Assembly: GCA_903911245.1 (NCBI GenBank)
Contig: CAIWCR010000017.1
Span: 1 to 52,345, forward strand
Length of the DNA: 52,345 bases
Origin: an uncultured Parcubacteria group bacterium
GTDB taxonomy: Bacteria; Patescibacteriota; Minisyncoccia; UBA6257; 2-01-FULL-56-20
Direction of reading: 5' to 3'
In this document: positions 16,387 through 27,175 of the stretch, piece by piece
Layout of the letters: each line of letters opens with the position of its first letter
Position numbering within the stretch: position 1 is the first letter of the stretch
Program-made: the position numbers and the translations under genes
The notes under the pieces: model-generated
Seen by the model: only the letters and a program-made list of their open reading frames with translations
The model's database searches: none
Told to the model about the DNA's origin: nothing

Positions 16387-18813
16387 CTAAATAATAATGA
16401 CAGCCGCCAACCGATCGCCGCTCTTCAAATTCATAATCCGCACGCCTTGCGCCGCACGCCCCGTTTCTCGAACCGTTTTCAACTCTGTGCGAATCATTTG
16501 TCCTTTTGCTGAAAGCGCAAATATTTCATTTTCTTTCGTTATTACGTGCGCCGAAACAAGTAATCCCGTCTTGGGCGTAATCTTTGCGGTTGCAATTCCC
16601 GAACCACCTCGATTTTGCGACTTGTAATCTTTGAGTGAAGTTTGCTTCGCAAAACCATTTTCCATAACCACCAGCAACCGTGCATCGGCTACTTCTTTTA
16701 TTATATCAAATCCTGCAATTTCGTCATTTTGTTTTTTGAGTTTTATAGCGCGAACGCCAGCCGCCGTTCTCCCCATTGGACGCGCCTGCTTTTCATTAAA
16801 TCTGATTGACTGACCATAACGCGTTGCAAGTACCGCCTCGCTTGATCCGTCGGTAAGCTTTGCCCATTTCAGATAGTCACCTTTTTTCAAAGAAATCGCG
16901 ATGATGCCCGTGCGACGAATATTCGTAAAATCGCTCAGCGGTGTTTTTTTCATAATACCCTGCTTGGTTACCATCATAAGATATTTTGCTTTTTCGCCTT
17001 TATCAGAATAATTCACAATGGCATTCACGTTTTCCTCCGCCGGCAATTCCAAAAAGTTTTGAATTGCTTTTCCTTTCGAGATACGTGTCGCCTGGGGAAT
17101 TTCATATACCTTCGTCTGAAACACGCGACCACGATCGGTGAAAAAAAGAACGTTGTCGTGCGTTTTTGCACTGAAAAAATGTGAAAGGAAATCATCATCG
17201 GCAACTTCCGATCCGATAAGTCCCTTACCACCACGATGCTGCACCTTGAATGTGTCTGGCGGAAGGCGCTTGATATAACCACCAGCAGAGACCGTGACGA
17301 TCGCGTCCTCTTCTGGAATAAGATCCTCGTCGTTAATTGCTTCTACGGCGGCCCCCACTACTTTCGTCCGGCGCTCATCGCCATATTTTTCTTTAAGTTC
17401 AGAAACTTCATCCGTAATAATTTTCAAAATCTTCGTCGGACTCTTCAAAATAAGTTGGAGCTCGGCAATGAGCGCGCGCTTCTCCTTGAGCTCGTCAGCA
17501 ATCTTGTTATATTCGAGCGCAGCCAACGTCTGAAGTCGCATTTCAAGAATAGCGGTCGCCTGCAAATCGGAAAGTTTGAAAATCTTCATCAAGTTCACAT
17601 GCGCCTCTTCTTTGTCTTTTGATTTCTTAATTGTCGCAATCACGCGATCAATAGCGTCAAGCGCAATAATCAACCCGTCGAGAATATGAGCGCGGTCTTG
17701 CGCCTTCTTGAGATCAAATTGCGTTCGACGTCGAATAATTTCTTTTCGATGAACGAGATATGCATCCAAGAAATCCCGCAATGGCAAAAGGCGCGGCTCG
17801 ACCCCATTTACCAATGCCAACATATTCATATTGAAGTTCTTCTGCAGGTCGGTGTGCTTATAAAGCCAATTCAAAACTTTTTGCGGCGGAACATCATTTT
17901 TAAGTTCGATCACAATACGCATTCCTTCACGATCTGATTCATCACGTAAATCACGAATACCCTCGATTTTTTTCTCCTGTGCATATTCGGCAATTGATTT
18001 TACAAGCTCTGACTTATTTACCTGGTACGGAATTTCGGTAATAACAATATCAAATTGTTTACCACTCTTTCGTTCCACAATCTCCGCCTTGGCGCGCGTA
18101 AGAATACCACCGCGACCAGTGATGTATGCCTCTTTGATTTCTTTCGTTCCATAGATAATGCCGCCTGTCGGAAAATCAGGACCTTTCACAAATTTCAAAA
18201 GGTCTTCAGTTGTTGCATCGGGATTCTCCGCAAGATAAAGAATGGCATCGCATACCTCGTTCAGGTTATGAGGTGGAATACTCGTTGCCATACCAACCGC
18301 AATACCAAGCGATCCGTTCAAAAGCAGGTTCGGGAGTTTTGCAGGGAGCACCTTCGGCTCATCACGCGTTGCGTCATAGTTTGGCATCCAATCCACCGTG
18401 TCCTTATCGATATCAAAAAGCATTTCGGCGGAAATCTTGGAAAGTCGTGCTTCGGTATAACGCATTGCCGCCGGCGGATCACCATCAATTGAACCAAAGT
18501 TTCCTTGTCCCTGCACCAAAAGATAACGCAAAGAAAAATCCTGTGCCATCCTCACCAGCGTGTCATAAATAGCGCTATCGCCATGCGGATGATATTTGGC
18601 CATAACTTCACCGACGACATTCGCCGACTTCCTGAACTTGCTCGAATTCGTAATACCAGCATCCCACATCGCCCACAACACACGTCGATGCACCGGCTTT
18701 AATCCATCGCGCACGTCAGGCAGGGCGCGCGAAACAATTACCGACATTGCGTAGTCAAGATACGATTCTTGCAGCTCTTTGGTTATGTCTCTCTTTTTCG
18801 CTTCCATACTCAT
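16387..18813 (-). CDS. gyrA: DNA gyrase subunit A
   Basis: [43 protein letters not shown], GyrA-box QHRGGKG. Confidence 0.98.
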   Translation of the reverse strand: MSMEAKKRDITKELQESYLDYAMSVIVSRALPDVRDGLKPVHRRVLWAMWDAGITNSSKFRKSANVVGEVMAKYHPHGDSAIYDTLVRMAQDFSLRYLLVQGQGNFGSIDGDPPAAMRYTEARLSKISAEMLFDIDKDTVDWMPNYDATRDEPKVLPAKLPNLLLNGSLGIAVGMATSIPPHNLNEVCDAILYLAENPDATTEDLLKFVKGPDFPTGGIIYGTKEIKEAYITGRGGILTRAKAEIVERKSGKQFDIVITEIPYQVNKSELVKSIAEYAQEKKIEGIRDLRDESDREGMRIVIELKNDVPPQKVLNWLYKHTDLQKNFNMNMLALVNGVEPRLLPLRDFLDAYLVHRKEIIRRRTQFDLKKAQDRAHILDGLIIALDAIDRVIATIKKSKDKEEAHVNLMKIFKLSDLQATAILEMRLQTLAALEYNKIADELKEKRALIAELQLILKSPTKILKIITDEVSELKEKYGDERRTKVVGAAVEAINDEDLIPEEDAIVTVSAGGYIKRLPPDTFKVQHRGGKGLIGSEVADDDFLSHFFSAKTHDNVLFFTDRGRVFQTKVYEIPQATRISKGKAIQNFLELPAEENVNAIVNYSDKGEKAKYLMMVTKQGIMKKTPLSDFTNIRRTGIIAISLKKGDYLKWAKLTDGSSEAVLATRYGQSIRFNEKQARPMGRTAAGVRAIKLKKQNDEIAGFDIIKEVADARLLVVMENGFAKQTSLKDYKSQNRGGSGIATAKITPKTGLLVSAHVITKENEIFALSAKGQMIRTELKTVRETGRAAQGVRIMNLKSGDRLAAVIII

Positions 18814-18853
18814 TGGTTAATTCGGAAACCCTATATTGTTTTGATTTATAAAA

Positions 18854-18988
18854 TTACTGGGAAAACGTATTGAAATAGCTAAGCCATACATAAATAATAA
18901 CAATCATGCAGACAATGGAAACAATCACGATTATTTTCTGCTTTGTTCCTTCGTCCGATTCTCGAAGTCGCTTCAATAACTTGTCCAT
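18854..18988 (-). CDS. Small single-TM protein (44 aa; absent from ORF track)
   Basis: Manual translation MDKLLKRLRESDEGTKQKIIVIVSIVCMIVIIYVWLSYFNTFSQ; fills the gap between co-oriented genes. Confidence 0.65.
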   Translation of the reverse strand: MDKLLKRLRESDEGTKQKIIVIVSIVCMIVIIYVWLSYFNTFSQ

Positions 18989-18992
18989 GATA

Positions 18993-19568
18993 TTACATTG
19001 CTTTCAATATCACTGGACGACCTTTCTCTCCTATAAGATCCTTCTGCTTGAAAACAAACTTTTCAACAGGATCCGATTTTTTTCCTAACGCCTTTAGAAA
19101 CTCGCTGGAATCTTTCGTAAAACTTGGAATGGCAATTTTCGCCTCAAGCTGTTTTACCATCTTCGCTGCAACCTCGGGCTCAAGAAAGTGCCCACCATCC
19201 GCCGGCAAAAAAAGAATATCGGGTTCAAAAAACTCCTCCATTAATGAAGCTGAAAGAGGACGAGAAAGATGACCAAGAAAAACGAATTTCATATCTTCCC
19301 ACTCGACGACATACGCCGTTTTCAAAAATTTCTCTGACGATTCTTCGGTTATCGGAAATCCCGTAATCTCAATTCCCTTTGTTTCATATTCACCAGGAAA
19401 AGAAAGAATGCCCGCAGAAGAATCTTCTGCAATGGCCTCGCGCGTCGTGGACGCGAGCGTCTTCAAAACAACGTCTGCCTTGAGACGATTGTTTTCTGAA
19501 TCAATCAGAATTGCCGTGTCTCCGCTTTGCAAGCGAAAGCATTTATTTCCGAAGTAGGTAACAATCAT
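18993..19568 (-). CDS. Metallo-beta-lactamase-fold protein (Lactamase_B_3-like), metal motif apparently degenerate
   Basis: MIVTYFGNKCFRL, PGEYETKGIEITG, PDILFLP; no HxHxDH motif visible. Confidence 0.75.
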   Translation of the reverse strand: MIVTYFGNKCFRLQSGDTAILIDSENNRLKADVVLKTLASTTREAIAEDSSAGILSFPGEYETKGIEITGFPITEESSEKFLKTAYVVEWEDMKFVFLGHLSRPLSASLMEEFFEPDILFLPADGGHFLEPEVAAKMVKQLEAKIAIPSFTKDSSEFLKALGKKSDPVEKFVFKQKDLIGEKGRPVILKAM

Positions 19569-19618
19569 ATGGAGCTATTATAACAAAGAAAAAACGAAAA
19601 TTCCAGAGCAAAAACCAA

Positions 19619-20386
19619 TTAATATTTAATAATGTGATTCAAAGAAAGATTTGCAGGGTTAGTTTCTGCGCCTATTCGAGGAGTGCCATTAGCGCCATCT
19701 GCGATTGAATTTCCCACATACCAATAAGGAGGAGCCGCAACAGCATCGTTGCCGGCGAGAAAATTAATATCGCCGCCAGCCTGGGTAGAATACCCCACGC
19801 CATTAAAAGTTTGTCCACCCTGTCCTTTAATATTGTGATAATGTCCCTGAAATTCGTCGTTCTGATATGTTCCCAGGACTCCCGAAAAGGCTGCGCCATT
19901 CGCGTTAGTCAATTTTCCCGATGTTCCAGATCCCCTTACAAAAACACCTCTCAAATCAGGGAGGTTAAATGTCGTCGATCCGTCACCGACGCCATACGTT
20001 GTTCCGATCACCGCAAATAAATCGGCATACGTCGTCCGAGAAATTGCCGCACCGTTACAAATCAACCAACCTACCGGAGCAACCGAGCCACCATACGTAC
20101 TTATCAATCCAACCGGCATAACAAATCCGGTCTGGTCCTTTATTCTTCCATTAACTTCAAGTGCCGTACTCGGACTACTCGTTCCTATTCCGACGCTCCC
20201 GGCCGAATAATACATACTCGTTCCACTCAAAAGCCAAAAAACAGGATTGCCACTTGGTGGTTGATTAACACCGGGACTTGAGAAGGCAAAGACAGCAATC
20301 ATGCAAGCGCCTGAGCCTATAAGAGTACTAAAGAAGAGAATTTTGAGATTGTTCGACACAAAAGCTTTCGCCTTTTTTAGATTCAT
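19619..20386 (-). CDS. Exported protein with phage tail collar domain
   Basis: PVGLISTYGGSVAPVGWLICNGAAISRTTYADLFAVIGTTYGVGDGSTTFNLPDLRG; N-terminal hydrophobic segment. Confidence 0.87.
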   Translation of the reverse strand: MNLKKAKAFVSNNLKILFFSTLIGSGACMIAVFAFSSPGVNQPPSGNPVFWLLSGTSMYYSAGSVGIGTSSPSTALEVNGRIKDQTGFVMPVGLISTYGGSVAPVGWLICNGAAISRTTYADLFAVIGTTYGVGDGSTTFNLPDLRGVFVRGSGTSGKLTNANGAAFSGVLGTYQNDEFQGHYHNIKGQGGQTFNGVGYSTQAGGDINFLAGNDAVAAPPYWYVGNSIADGANGTPRIGAETNPANLSLNHIIKY

Positions 20387-20562
20387 TGCTTTTATTATAA
20401 CAGGAATTAGAGGAAAATAAAAAAATAAGGCGAATAATAACCATCCGTGCCAGTAAGGCCCTCTACATCGGAAACCCCTTGAGCTTCAAATTTCTAAGCT
20501 CGTGCCTCGCTAAGAAATTTTAGGCGCTTGCAAAAAACCAAATTTCCCATATAATGACTTTC

Positions 20563-21663
20563 ATGCAACAGACTGAAGAAAACAAGACAATACCATCAGC
20601 ACTTGCCCAGGCAATGAAAACGGAGCTCTCCGCGACCGATTGGCCCAAGGAAGGCAATGTTATCGACGCGACATTCATAAAAAAGATTTCCCACAAAGCG
20701 TACTTTGATATGGGCCGGTTCGGAACGGGCATCGTTTATGGCGTCGAGATAGGAAATGCAAAGGAATCTCTGCGCAATATAAAGGCAGGTGACAACGTTC
20801 ATGCAAAGATAGTCATGCTCGACGGGGAAGAAGGTCTTATCGAACTTTCCCTCTCTGAAGCCGGAAAGCAAAAAATATGGCAAGAGGCAAAAGAGCTTAT
20901 GGAATCAGGCGAGGTGGTTAAAGCTCACATCGTAGCAGCAAATGCTGGCGGACTCATGGCCGCACTTCAAAACGAAATCAAGGCGTTTCTTCCTGTTTCC
21001 CAGCTTTCACTTGAACATTATCCTAAGGTGCAAGACGGCGACCGGACACGCATCACCGAAGAACTCAAGAAGTTCGTCGGACAGGACTTGAATGTAAAAA
21101 TTATCGATGTCAATTCACGTAGCAATAAAATCATTGCTTCCGAGCGCGAAGTTCTCTCAACAAACGTAAAAGAACTACTTACCGCTTATACGGTTGGACA
21201 AATAATCGATTGTATTGTTTCGGGCGTTGCGGACTTCGGAGTATTCGTCCGCTTTGTCGATAATCCGGAAATCGAAGGAATGATCCATATCTCAGAGCTC
21301 GACTACAAACTCGTTGAAAATCCGAAAGATATCGTAAAAATTGACGATGCCATCAAGGCAAAAATAATAGATATCAAAGAAGGCCGCGTTTTCCTTTCTT
21401 TGAAAGCGCTCAAAGAGGATCCGTGGGAAAAGGCAGGAGATCAGTTTAAACAGGGTGACGTTGTCGACGGTCGCGTCCATAAACTCAATCAGTTCGGCGC
21501 CGTTGTCGCTCTTCCTGATAACTTCCAGGGAATGGTTCATATCTCCGAGTTCGGCGGACAGGATGAGATGAAAAAAGCAATCGCCCCTGGGCAGACCTAT
21601 TCATTCGTCATTGATGCCGTAAAACCTGACGAAAAAAGAATAACGCTGAAGATGAAGAAGTAA
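20563..21663 (+). CDS. rpsA: 30S ribosomal protein S1 (four S1 domains)
   Basis: AFLPVSQL, FGVFV...EGMIHISEL, LSLKAL, GMVHISEF; start placed 7 nt after TTGCAA-16-TATAAT. Confidence 0.88.
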   Translation: MQQTEENKTIPSALAQAMKTELSATDWPKEGNVIDATFIKKISHKAYFDMGRFGTGIVYGVEIGNAKESLRNIKAGDNVHAKIVMLDGEEGLIELSLSEAGKQKIWQEAKELMESGEVVKAHIVAANAGGLMAALQNEIKAFLPVSQLSLEHYPKVQDGDRTRITEELKKFVGQDLNVKIIDVNSRSNKIIASEREVLSTNVKELLTAYTVGQIIDCIVSGVADFGVFVRFVDNPEIEGMIHISELDYKLVENPKDIVKIDDAIKAKIIDIKEGRVFLSLKALKEDPWEKAGDQFKQGDVVDGRVHKLNQFGAVVALPDNFQGMVHISEFGGQDEMKKAIAPGQTYSFVIDAVKPDEKRITLKMKK

Positions 21664-21683
21664 TCTTTGTATATTATAGATTT

Positions 21684-21710
21684 TAAAACTCCCCAATTGG
21701 GGAGTTTTTA
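21684..21710 (+). terminator. Intrinsic terminator after rpsA
   Basis: aaaactcccc-aatt-ggggagttttt. Confidence 0.8.
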
Positions 21711-21779
21711 GTGTGCCTTATTTTATATCAAAACAATATTTAATAAATTTTAATGATGCCTTTGTTATACTTCCCGTAA

Positions 21780-22442
21780 ATGAAATGTGTGGCACAAAGA
21801 AAGGTTCATATTAAATGGTCGGACAATTTTGCCTATGCCATAGGACTTATTGCTTCTGATGGCTGCCTTTCTAAAGATGGGCGACATATTTATTTTACTT
21901 CAAAAGATAAACATCTCGTAGAAAATCTTAAAAATGCTCTGAGAATCAAAAATAAAATCTTTAAACATTATCGCGGGGATGAGAAAACAAAAAAATATTA
22001 TGCCATTAACTTTAGTGATGTTATTTTTTATAAATTTCTCAATAAGATAGGGCTCACTTCTTCAAAGTCGAAAACAATCGAAAGAGTTGTTGTCCCTCAT
22101 AAATATTTTGACGGATTTACAAGAGGTCTTTTTGATGGCGATGGAACTTTTTACACTTTTAACGACAAGAGATGGCCAAACGGCTTTGGTTATAAAACCT
22201 CTTTCGCGTCTGCAAGTACGTCATTTATACATTGGCTAAAAGAATCTTTTACTATATTTTATGGAGTAAATGGATATCTTCATAAGGGTGACGGTGTAAC
22301 TAATTTGGAATATACAAAAAATGATAGTAGGAAACTTTTCCGCTTTATGTATCATCAGAGTGACGTCTTGTTTTTGAAAAGAAAATACGATAAGATGAAA
22401 ATCGCCCTTGAATACGATGCAAAATTGCATCCAAATCGATGA
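21780..22442 (+). CDS. Free-standing two-motif LAGLIDADG endonuclease-like protein
   Basis: AYAIGLIASDGC and FTRGLFDGDGT. Confidence 0.85.
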   Translation: MKCVAQRKVHIKWSDNFAYAIGLIASDGCLSKDGRHIYFTSKDKHLVENLKNALRIKNKIFKHYRGDEKTKKYYAINFSDVIFYKFLNKIGLTSSKSKTIERVVVPHKYFDGFTRGLFDGDGTFYTFNDKRWPNGFGYKTSFASASTSFIHWLKESFTIFYGVNGYLHKGDGVTNLEYTKNDSRKLFRFMYHQSDVLFLKRKYDKMKIALEYDAKLHPNR

Positions 22443-22446
22443 TTTT

Positions 22447-22518
22447 GCCGCGGTAGCTCAGTGGTGGAGCGCTGCCCTGAAGAGGCAGGCGTCGGGTGTT
22501 CGATTCACCCCCGCGGCA
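22447..22518 (+). tRNA. tRNA-Phe(GAA), CCA not encoded
   Basis: gccgcgg/ccgcggc acceptor, ctgcc-ctGAAga-ggcag anticodon arm, gttcgattc T loop. Confidence 0.96.
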
Positions 22519-22567
22519 CAAGGTTCAAAAAGAAAATAAACAAGCGTAGTATTCTTTCGTAAGGCTT

Positions 22568-23485
22568 TTATTGTTTCTTCAAACAATCAGAAATATTCAA
22601 CACGGCTTTTATGGCGTCACCGGCAGAAATATTGTTTTGCTTATAAAGCACGTCCGTCACGTCCCCTGCTGCCCAAATGCCAGCGCATGACGTTTCTTGT
22701 GTTTTTGAATCAACAACAATCGCGCCATAATCATCACGCGCAACAATATCTTTTATAAAATCTGAATTCGGAATAAGGCCTATCTCAACAAAAACACCTT
22801 CGAGTGCCAGATCTTTTATCTCTCCCCCTTTCATATCCTTATAGCGAAGACCTGTCACAAATTTATCTCCAATAACTTCTTGTGGTGTCGCATTCAAGAC
22901 AACCTCAACGTTCGGATGTTGTCGCACCTTGTCCTGTGTCACGGAATCACCTCGTATAATTTCCGACCGCACCAGTAGATAAATTTTCGAAGCATATGGC
23001 AAAAGATCTATCACCGACTCGAGTGCTGAATTCCCGCCGCCAATCACCGCTACGGTTTTGTTTTTGAAAATCGGCGCATCACAGGTTGAACAATAAACAA
23101 CTCCTTTGCCATCGAATTCGTGCTCGCCAGGAATATCGAGTTTTCGCCGATGACTTCCCGAAGTTATAAGAAGATATTTCGTTTCGAATATTTTTCCGTT
23201 TTTGGTCACAACCGAAAACCCTCCATCAATTTTTTGCACGACACATACACCATCATCATCGACAATCTCGATCTCTTCCTGCGCGCGAAGATGTTCCTCC
23301 ATTTTTTTGGCAAGATCGTACCCGGAAATAGACTGATCTCCTATCCAATTACCAATCTCTGCTGAAATCATCGACTGACCACCAAATCCGTCCGTGATCA
23401 AAAGCGTCTTTATCTTTTTTCGGGCGGCGTAAATTCCCGCAGATACTCCTCCGGGCCCGCCGCCAATAATGATAAGATCGCGCAT
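22568..23485 (-). CDS. trxB: Thioredoxin reductase
   Basis: GGGPGG, YCSTCD, GGGNSA, AAGDVT. Confidence 0.9.
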   Translation of the reverse strand: MRDLIIIGGGPGGVSAGIYAARKKIKTLLITDGFGGQSMISAEIGNWIGDQSISGYDLAKKMEEHLRAQEEIEIVDDDGVCVVQKIDGGFSVVTKNGKIFETKYLLITSGSHRRKLDIPGEHEFDGKGVVYCSTCDAPIFKNKTVAVIGGGNSALESVIDLLPYASKIYLLVRSEIIRGDSVTQDKVRQHPNVEVVLNATPQEVIGDKFVTGLRYKDMKGGEIKDLALEGVFVEIGLIPNSDFIKDIVARDDYGAIVVDSKTQETSCAGIWAAGDVTDVLYKQNNISAGDAIKAVLNISDCLKKQ

Positions 23486-23491
23486 ATTTTT

Positions 23492-23728
23492 TTACTTCAT
23501 ACCCAGCGCCGCTTCAATGGCTCCCCTGTCAAACCCCACAACAATCTTCCCATCGATATCAATAACGGGAACTCCCATTTGTCCTGATTTTGCGAGCATT
23601 TCGTCACGCGCCGCATCATCTACTGCGATATCGTGTTCGCTGTAGGCAATATTATTCTTGGTAAAAAACTCCTTCGCCATTTTACAATACATACACGACG
23701 GCGTGCTATAAATCGTTATTTTTGCCAT
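23492..23728 (-). CDS. Glutaredoxin/NrdH-like redoxin
   Basis: YSTPSCMYC, SGQMGVPVI, VGFD. Confidence 0.92.
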   Translation of the reverse strand: MAKITIYSTPSCMYCKMAKEFFTKNNIAYSEHDIAVDDAARDEMLAKSGQMGVPVIDIDGKIVVGFDRGAIEAALGMK

Positions 23729-23740
23729 AGTTTGATTATT

Positions 23741-23914
23741 TTATTTTTTTGACACCGGCTCTTTCCCGAAAAGCAGCCATACATTCATGAGTATCAGCAC
23801 GAGACCACACAGAACATTGCTCCACTTCATGATGGCAACGGTCGAAAATCCAAAAAACCAAGGAGAGAGCATAACCCAAAATCCAAGAACAAGGCCCGTC
23901 CAACGTTCAGACAT
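23741..23914 (-). CDS. SPW-repeat small membrane protein
   Basis: LGFWVMLSPWFFGF...WSNVLCG. Confidence 0.8.
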   Translation of the reverse strand: MSERWTGLVLGFWVMLSPWFFGFSTVAIMKWSNVLCGLVLILMNVWLLFGKEPVSKK

Positions 23915-23930
23915 AAAATGCAATATCCCT

Positions 23931-24722
23931 TTATTTTATTAAAGAATCTTTCAATGTCTTGAAGGTCGCATACGGCTCTGCTCCCATAATCTGCTGACCA
24001 TTAACAAAGAAAGAAGGAGTTGCGTTTACGCCATACTTTACCGCTTGATCAGACTCCTGCTGTATATTCGACGAATACTTTCCAGAATCAAAACAAGAAG
24101 CAAATGCGTTCTGGTCCATATTCAACGTCTTTGCGATATTCATGAATGCCTCCTTGTTTAAATTGCCGTTATTTTCCGAAGCCTGCTGATTTGTCGTTTC
24201 GTCCTTGAATTCGAGCTGAGACAATGCATCATGGAATTCCCAGAACTTGTTCTGATCTTTTGAACATTCCGTAGCAAGCGCTGCATTATGAGATTCGTGC
24301 TGTGTCGCCGAGCGGTCGTTCACGATCAAGTTTCGAAAAACCATCTTTACCTTTCCGGTATCAACATAATTCTTTACGATGAGCGGCTGAGTCTCTGTGA
24401 AAAATAAATTGCAATACGGGCACTGATAATCACCATATTCAATAATGGTGACTGGCGCATTCGCATCGCCAAGAATAACGTCGTGACTCGTCAGCTTCAT
24501 TGCCTCGGCAGAATTTACTGCCGCACCAGGATTATTTGATGCACCGTTAGAACCGCCTTTGTAGGTCATTGCAAAAACGATTGCTCCCGCAACAAGAACG
24601 CCAGCGACAACAATACTCACCGGAAGAAAGTAATCCTTTTTTATTTCATTACCACTCTCAACCGATACTTCCTTAAAAATCTGCACTTCTTCTTCTGTTA
24701 TTTTGTGTTTATTTTTTTCCAT
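23931..24722 (-). CDS. DsbA/thioredoxin_4 family oxidoreductase
   Basis: GDANAPVTIIEYGDYQCPYC, GVNATPSFFVNG. Confidence 0.92.
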   Translation of the reverse strand: MEKNKHKITEEEVQIFKEVSVESGNEIKKDYFLPVSIVVAGVLVAGAIVFAMTYKGGSNGASNNPGAAVNSAEAMKLTSHDVILGDANAPVTIIEYGDYQCPYCNLFFTETQPLIVKNYVDTGKVKMVFRNLIVNDRSATQHESHNAALATECSKDQNKFWEFHDALSQLEFKDETTNQQASENNGNLNKEAFMNIAKTLNMDQNAFASCFDSGKYSSNIQQESDQAVKYGVNATPSFFVNGQQIMGAEPYATFKTLKDSLIK

Positions 24723-24808
24723 ACCATAAAGTCTACCCTACTATACCGGCAAGTCAAATAGACTGAAAAATCTTCCCATTGCTGCGCTTTTTGTGTTAAG
24801 ATAAATCA

Positions 24809-26140
24809 ATGAAAAAGGGGAAAATATTCGGAATTGCTGCGCTTTTCTTGGGGGATATCGCCGCGCTCTATCTGGCGCTCTTCGCCACGCTTTTCATCCG
24901 TTACGGCAATGATTTCTACGACCAACTCGTAAACACCCATTTCACACCGTTCAGTATTATTTTCGTGTTGTGGATTATCGTTTTCTATATCGCAGGACTT
25001 TATGATCTTCGACGGTTGCGCAATAACCTTGATTTTATGAAAACGCTTACCCTCACGCTTGTCGTAGATGCGACGATTGCTGTCCTTTTCTTCTACCTTG
25101 TTCCAGTTTTCGGCATCACACCAAAGACAAATCTCTTTATTTTCCTCGTTCTGTTCGCGGCAATAGAGGTCTTTTGGCGACGTACGTCAAATATATTTCT
25201 TGCGCGAGGAGAGGCTCCCAATAGAATCATCCTTATTGGCGAAAGCGAAAGCGCCCACGAGATCACGGAGATCATCATGGAAAATCCGCAACTCGGATAT
25301 GCAATCATAAAACAAATATCCGAAAAAGATATTTATGAAAACCCTATTCTCCTCGAAAAGATAGTTAAAGAAACGCGCGCAAATACTATCGTTGTTCCGC
25401 ATCATTTAAAACAATCAAAAAATTTTGCTTTCGCACTTTACTCGTTCTTCGGAAAAGGAATTTCTGTTATCGATATGATAAGTCTTTATGAGCGCATCCT
25501 ACGGAAAATACCGCTTACCGACATCGAGGAAGTATGGTTCATCGAAAATATAAAGAGCTCCGGTCAATATTACGATTCTCTCAAGCGCGCCGGAGAATTT
25601 CTCCTCGCTCTTATTTTTGGCATTGCGCTTCTCCCCTTGGAGATACTCATTGCTCTTCTCGTAAAACTTTCATCACCCGGTCCTGCTCTTTATAAACAAA
25701 CACGCGTGGGACAAAACGGTAAACTCTTTACGCTCTATAAGTTCCGAACCATGAGAGAATCTGAAAAAAGCACGTGGCTTAAGGAAGAAAAAAATCGCAT
25801 TACCGGCATCGGGAAAATACTCCGTGCGAGCCACCTCGATGAACTCCCGCAATTCATCAATCTTTTGCGCGGAGACGTTTCGCTTGTTGGTCCACGACCG
25901 GATTTTATCGACTTCTATAATGAGCTAAAGGATGTTATCCCCTATTATTCAATTCGTACCATCATAAAACCCGGCATCACCGGGTGGGCACAAGTTGCCT
26001 TTCCGATAACGGAATCACTCGAACAAACAAAAGAACGATTGTGCTATGACATCTATTATCTCAAAAACCGCTCGCTCGTCCTTGATATTCTTATAATCTT
26101 AAAGACGCTTAAAACGGTTCTAAGTGCCGCTGGAAGATAA
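24809..26140 (+). CDS. Polyprenyl-phosphate sugar phosphotransferase (WbaP/WcaJ family)
   Basis: YKFRTM, LDELPQ, SLVGPRP, KPGITGWAQV; N-terminal TM segments. Confidence 0.93.
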   Translation: MKKGKIFGIAALFLGDIAALYLALFATLFIRYGNDFYDQLVNTHFTPFSIIFVLWIIVFYIAGLYDLRRLRNNLDFMKTLTLTLVVDATIAVLFFYLVPVFGITPKTNLFIFLVLFAAIEVFWRRTSNIFLARGEAPNRIILIGESESAHEITEIIMENPQLGYAIIKQISEKDIYENPILLEKIVKETRANTIVVPHHLKQSKNFAFALYSFFGKGISVIDMISLYERILRKIPLTDIEEVWFIENIKSSGQYYDSLKRAGEFLLALIFGIALLPLEILIALLVKLSSPGPALYKQTRVGQNGKLFTLYKFRTMRESEKSTWLKEEKNRITGIGKILRASHLDELPQFINLLRGDVSLVGPRPDFIDFYNELKDVIPYYSIRTIIKPGITGWAQVAFPITESLEQTKERLCYDIYYLKNRSLVLDILIILKTLKTVLSAAGR

Positions 26141-26173
26141 AATTTTCCGTGTACTCCATGATATACTGAACAC

Positions 26174-27169
26174 ATGAATATTATTGTTACAGGCGGTGGC
26201 GGATACATTGGAAAGCTGCTTATCAAAAAATTATCCGGTGATGATTCCGTCAAAAGCATTATCGGCATCGATACCATTCCTCAGCCAGAAGATATAAAAC
26301 AAATTTCAAAGGTTGCTTGGATTCAGGCCGATCTTGCGACAAAAGGATGGGAAGAAAAACTGCCGCCACAACTACCCATTGATGTCGTTATTCATTGCGC
26401 ATTCAAAATCAGAAATCCATATGGGGAAAAAAATATTGTTAAAAAAGAGAATTTTGCCTCTGGTCATGCCGTTTTTGGTTTTTCAATCCGGCGCAATGCA
26501 TCAAAGATAATCTATCTCTCTACCGTTTCAGCATACGGCGCAAAACCGGAAAACATCGGCAAACTCCTTTCTGAAAACGAACCGCTTTCCGAAAAAGAGA
26601 ATCCATATGGCTGTCAAAAAATCGAAGCCGAAAATGATCTCACGGCCCTTATAAAAAAGACTAATTCGAAAACGCAAGCGTTCATTCTCCGACTCAACAG
26701 CATAACCGGGCCAGTTGGACAAAGCATGGGGAGCAAGTTTGGTCTTATTACTTTTCTTAAAAAACTATTACCATTTATCATCGAAGCAAATCCTTATTGG
26801 GCACGGCAATTCGTACACGAAGAAGATCTTGTTGAAATAATCTATCTTTTAACGGTCAAAAATATCCTACAAACAGGAAGAAATCCTGAAGTCTTCAATA
26901 TTGCCCCTCCTAATTTTCTCACTGCGCGTGATATGAGTAGGCTTCTTAATAAGAGGATCCTCAAAATTCCGGCGTGGTCGGTGAGGCCGCTCTTTTCCAT
27001 TGCATGGCACGGATCTCTCGGCCGCATCCCCACACGGCCCGATTCTGCGATGGGCCTTATCTATCCTATTAATGTTGACGGCTCGCGCATTGAAAACGTA
27101 TTGGGATTCCATTATTCCCATACTGCACAAGAGGCATTTCTTGCTCAAAATAATAAATTAATACAATAA
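26174..27169 (+). CDS. NAD-dependent epimerase/dehydratase
   Basis: TGGGGYIG, YGCQK. Confidence 0.88.
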   Translation: MNIIVTGGGGYIGKLLIKKLSGDDSVKSIIGIDTIPQPEDIKQISKVAWIQADLATKGWEEKLPPQLPIDVVIHCAFKIRNPYGEKNIVKKENFASGHAVFGFSIRRNASKIIYLSTVSAYGAKPENIGKLLSENEPLSEKENPYGCQKIEAENDLTALIKKTNSKTQAFILRLNSITGPVGQSMGSKFGLITFLKKLLPFIIEANPYWARQFVHEEDLVEIIYLLTVKNILQTGRNPEVFNIAPPNFLTARDMSRLLNKRILKIPAWSVRPLFSIAWHGSLGRIPTRPDSAMGLIYPINVDGSRIENVLGFHYSHTAQEAFLAQNNKLIQ

Positions 27170-27175
27170 CCAATT

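Noticed and set aside
19619-20386. Prophage suggested by the tail-collar gene
   Set aside because: Flanked by housekeeping genes; no terminase, capsid or integrase nearby; the protein has an export-like N-terminus.
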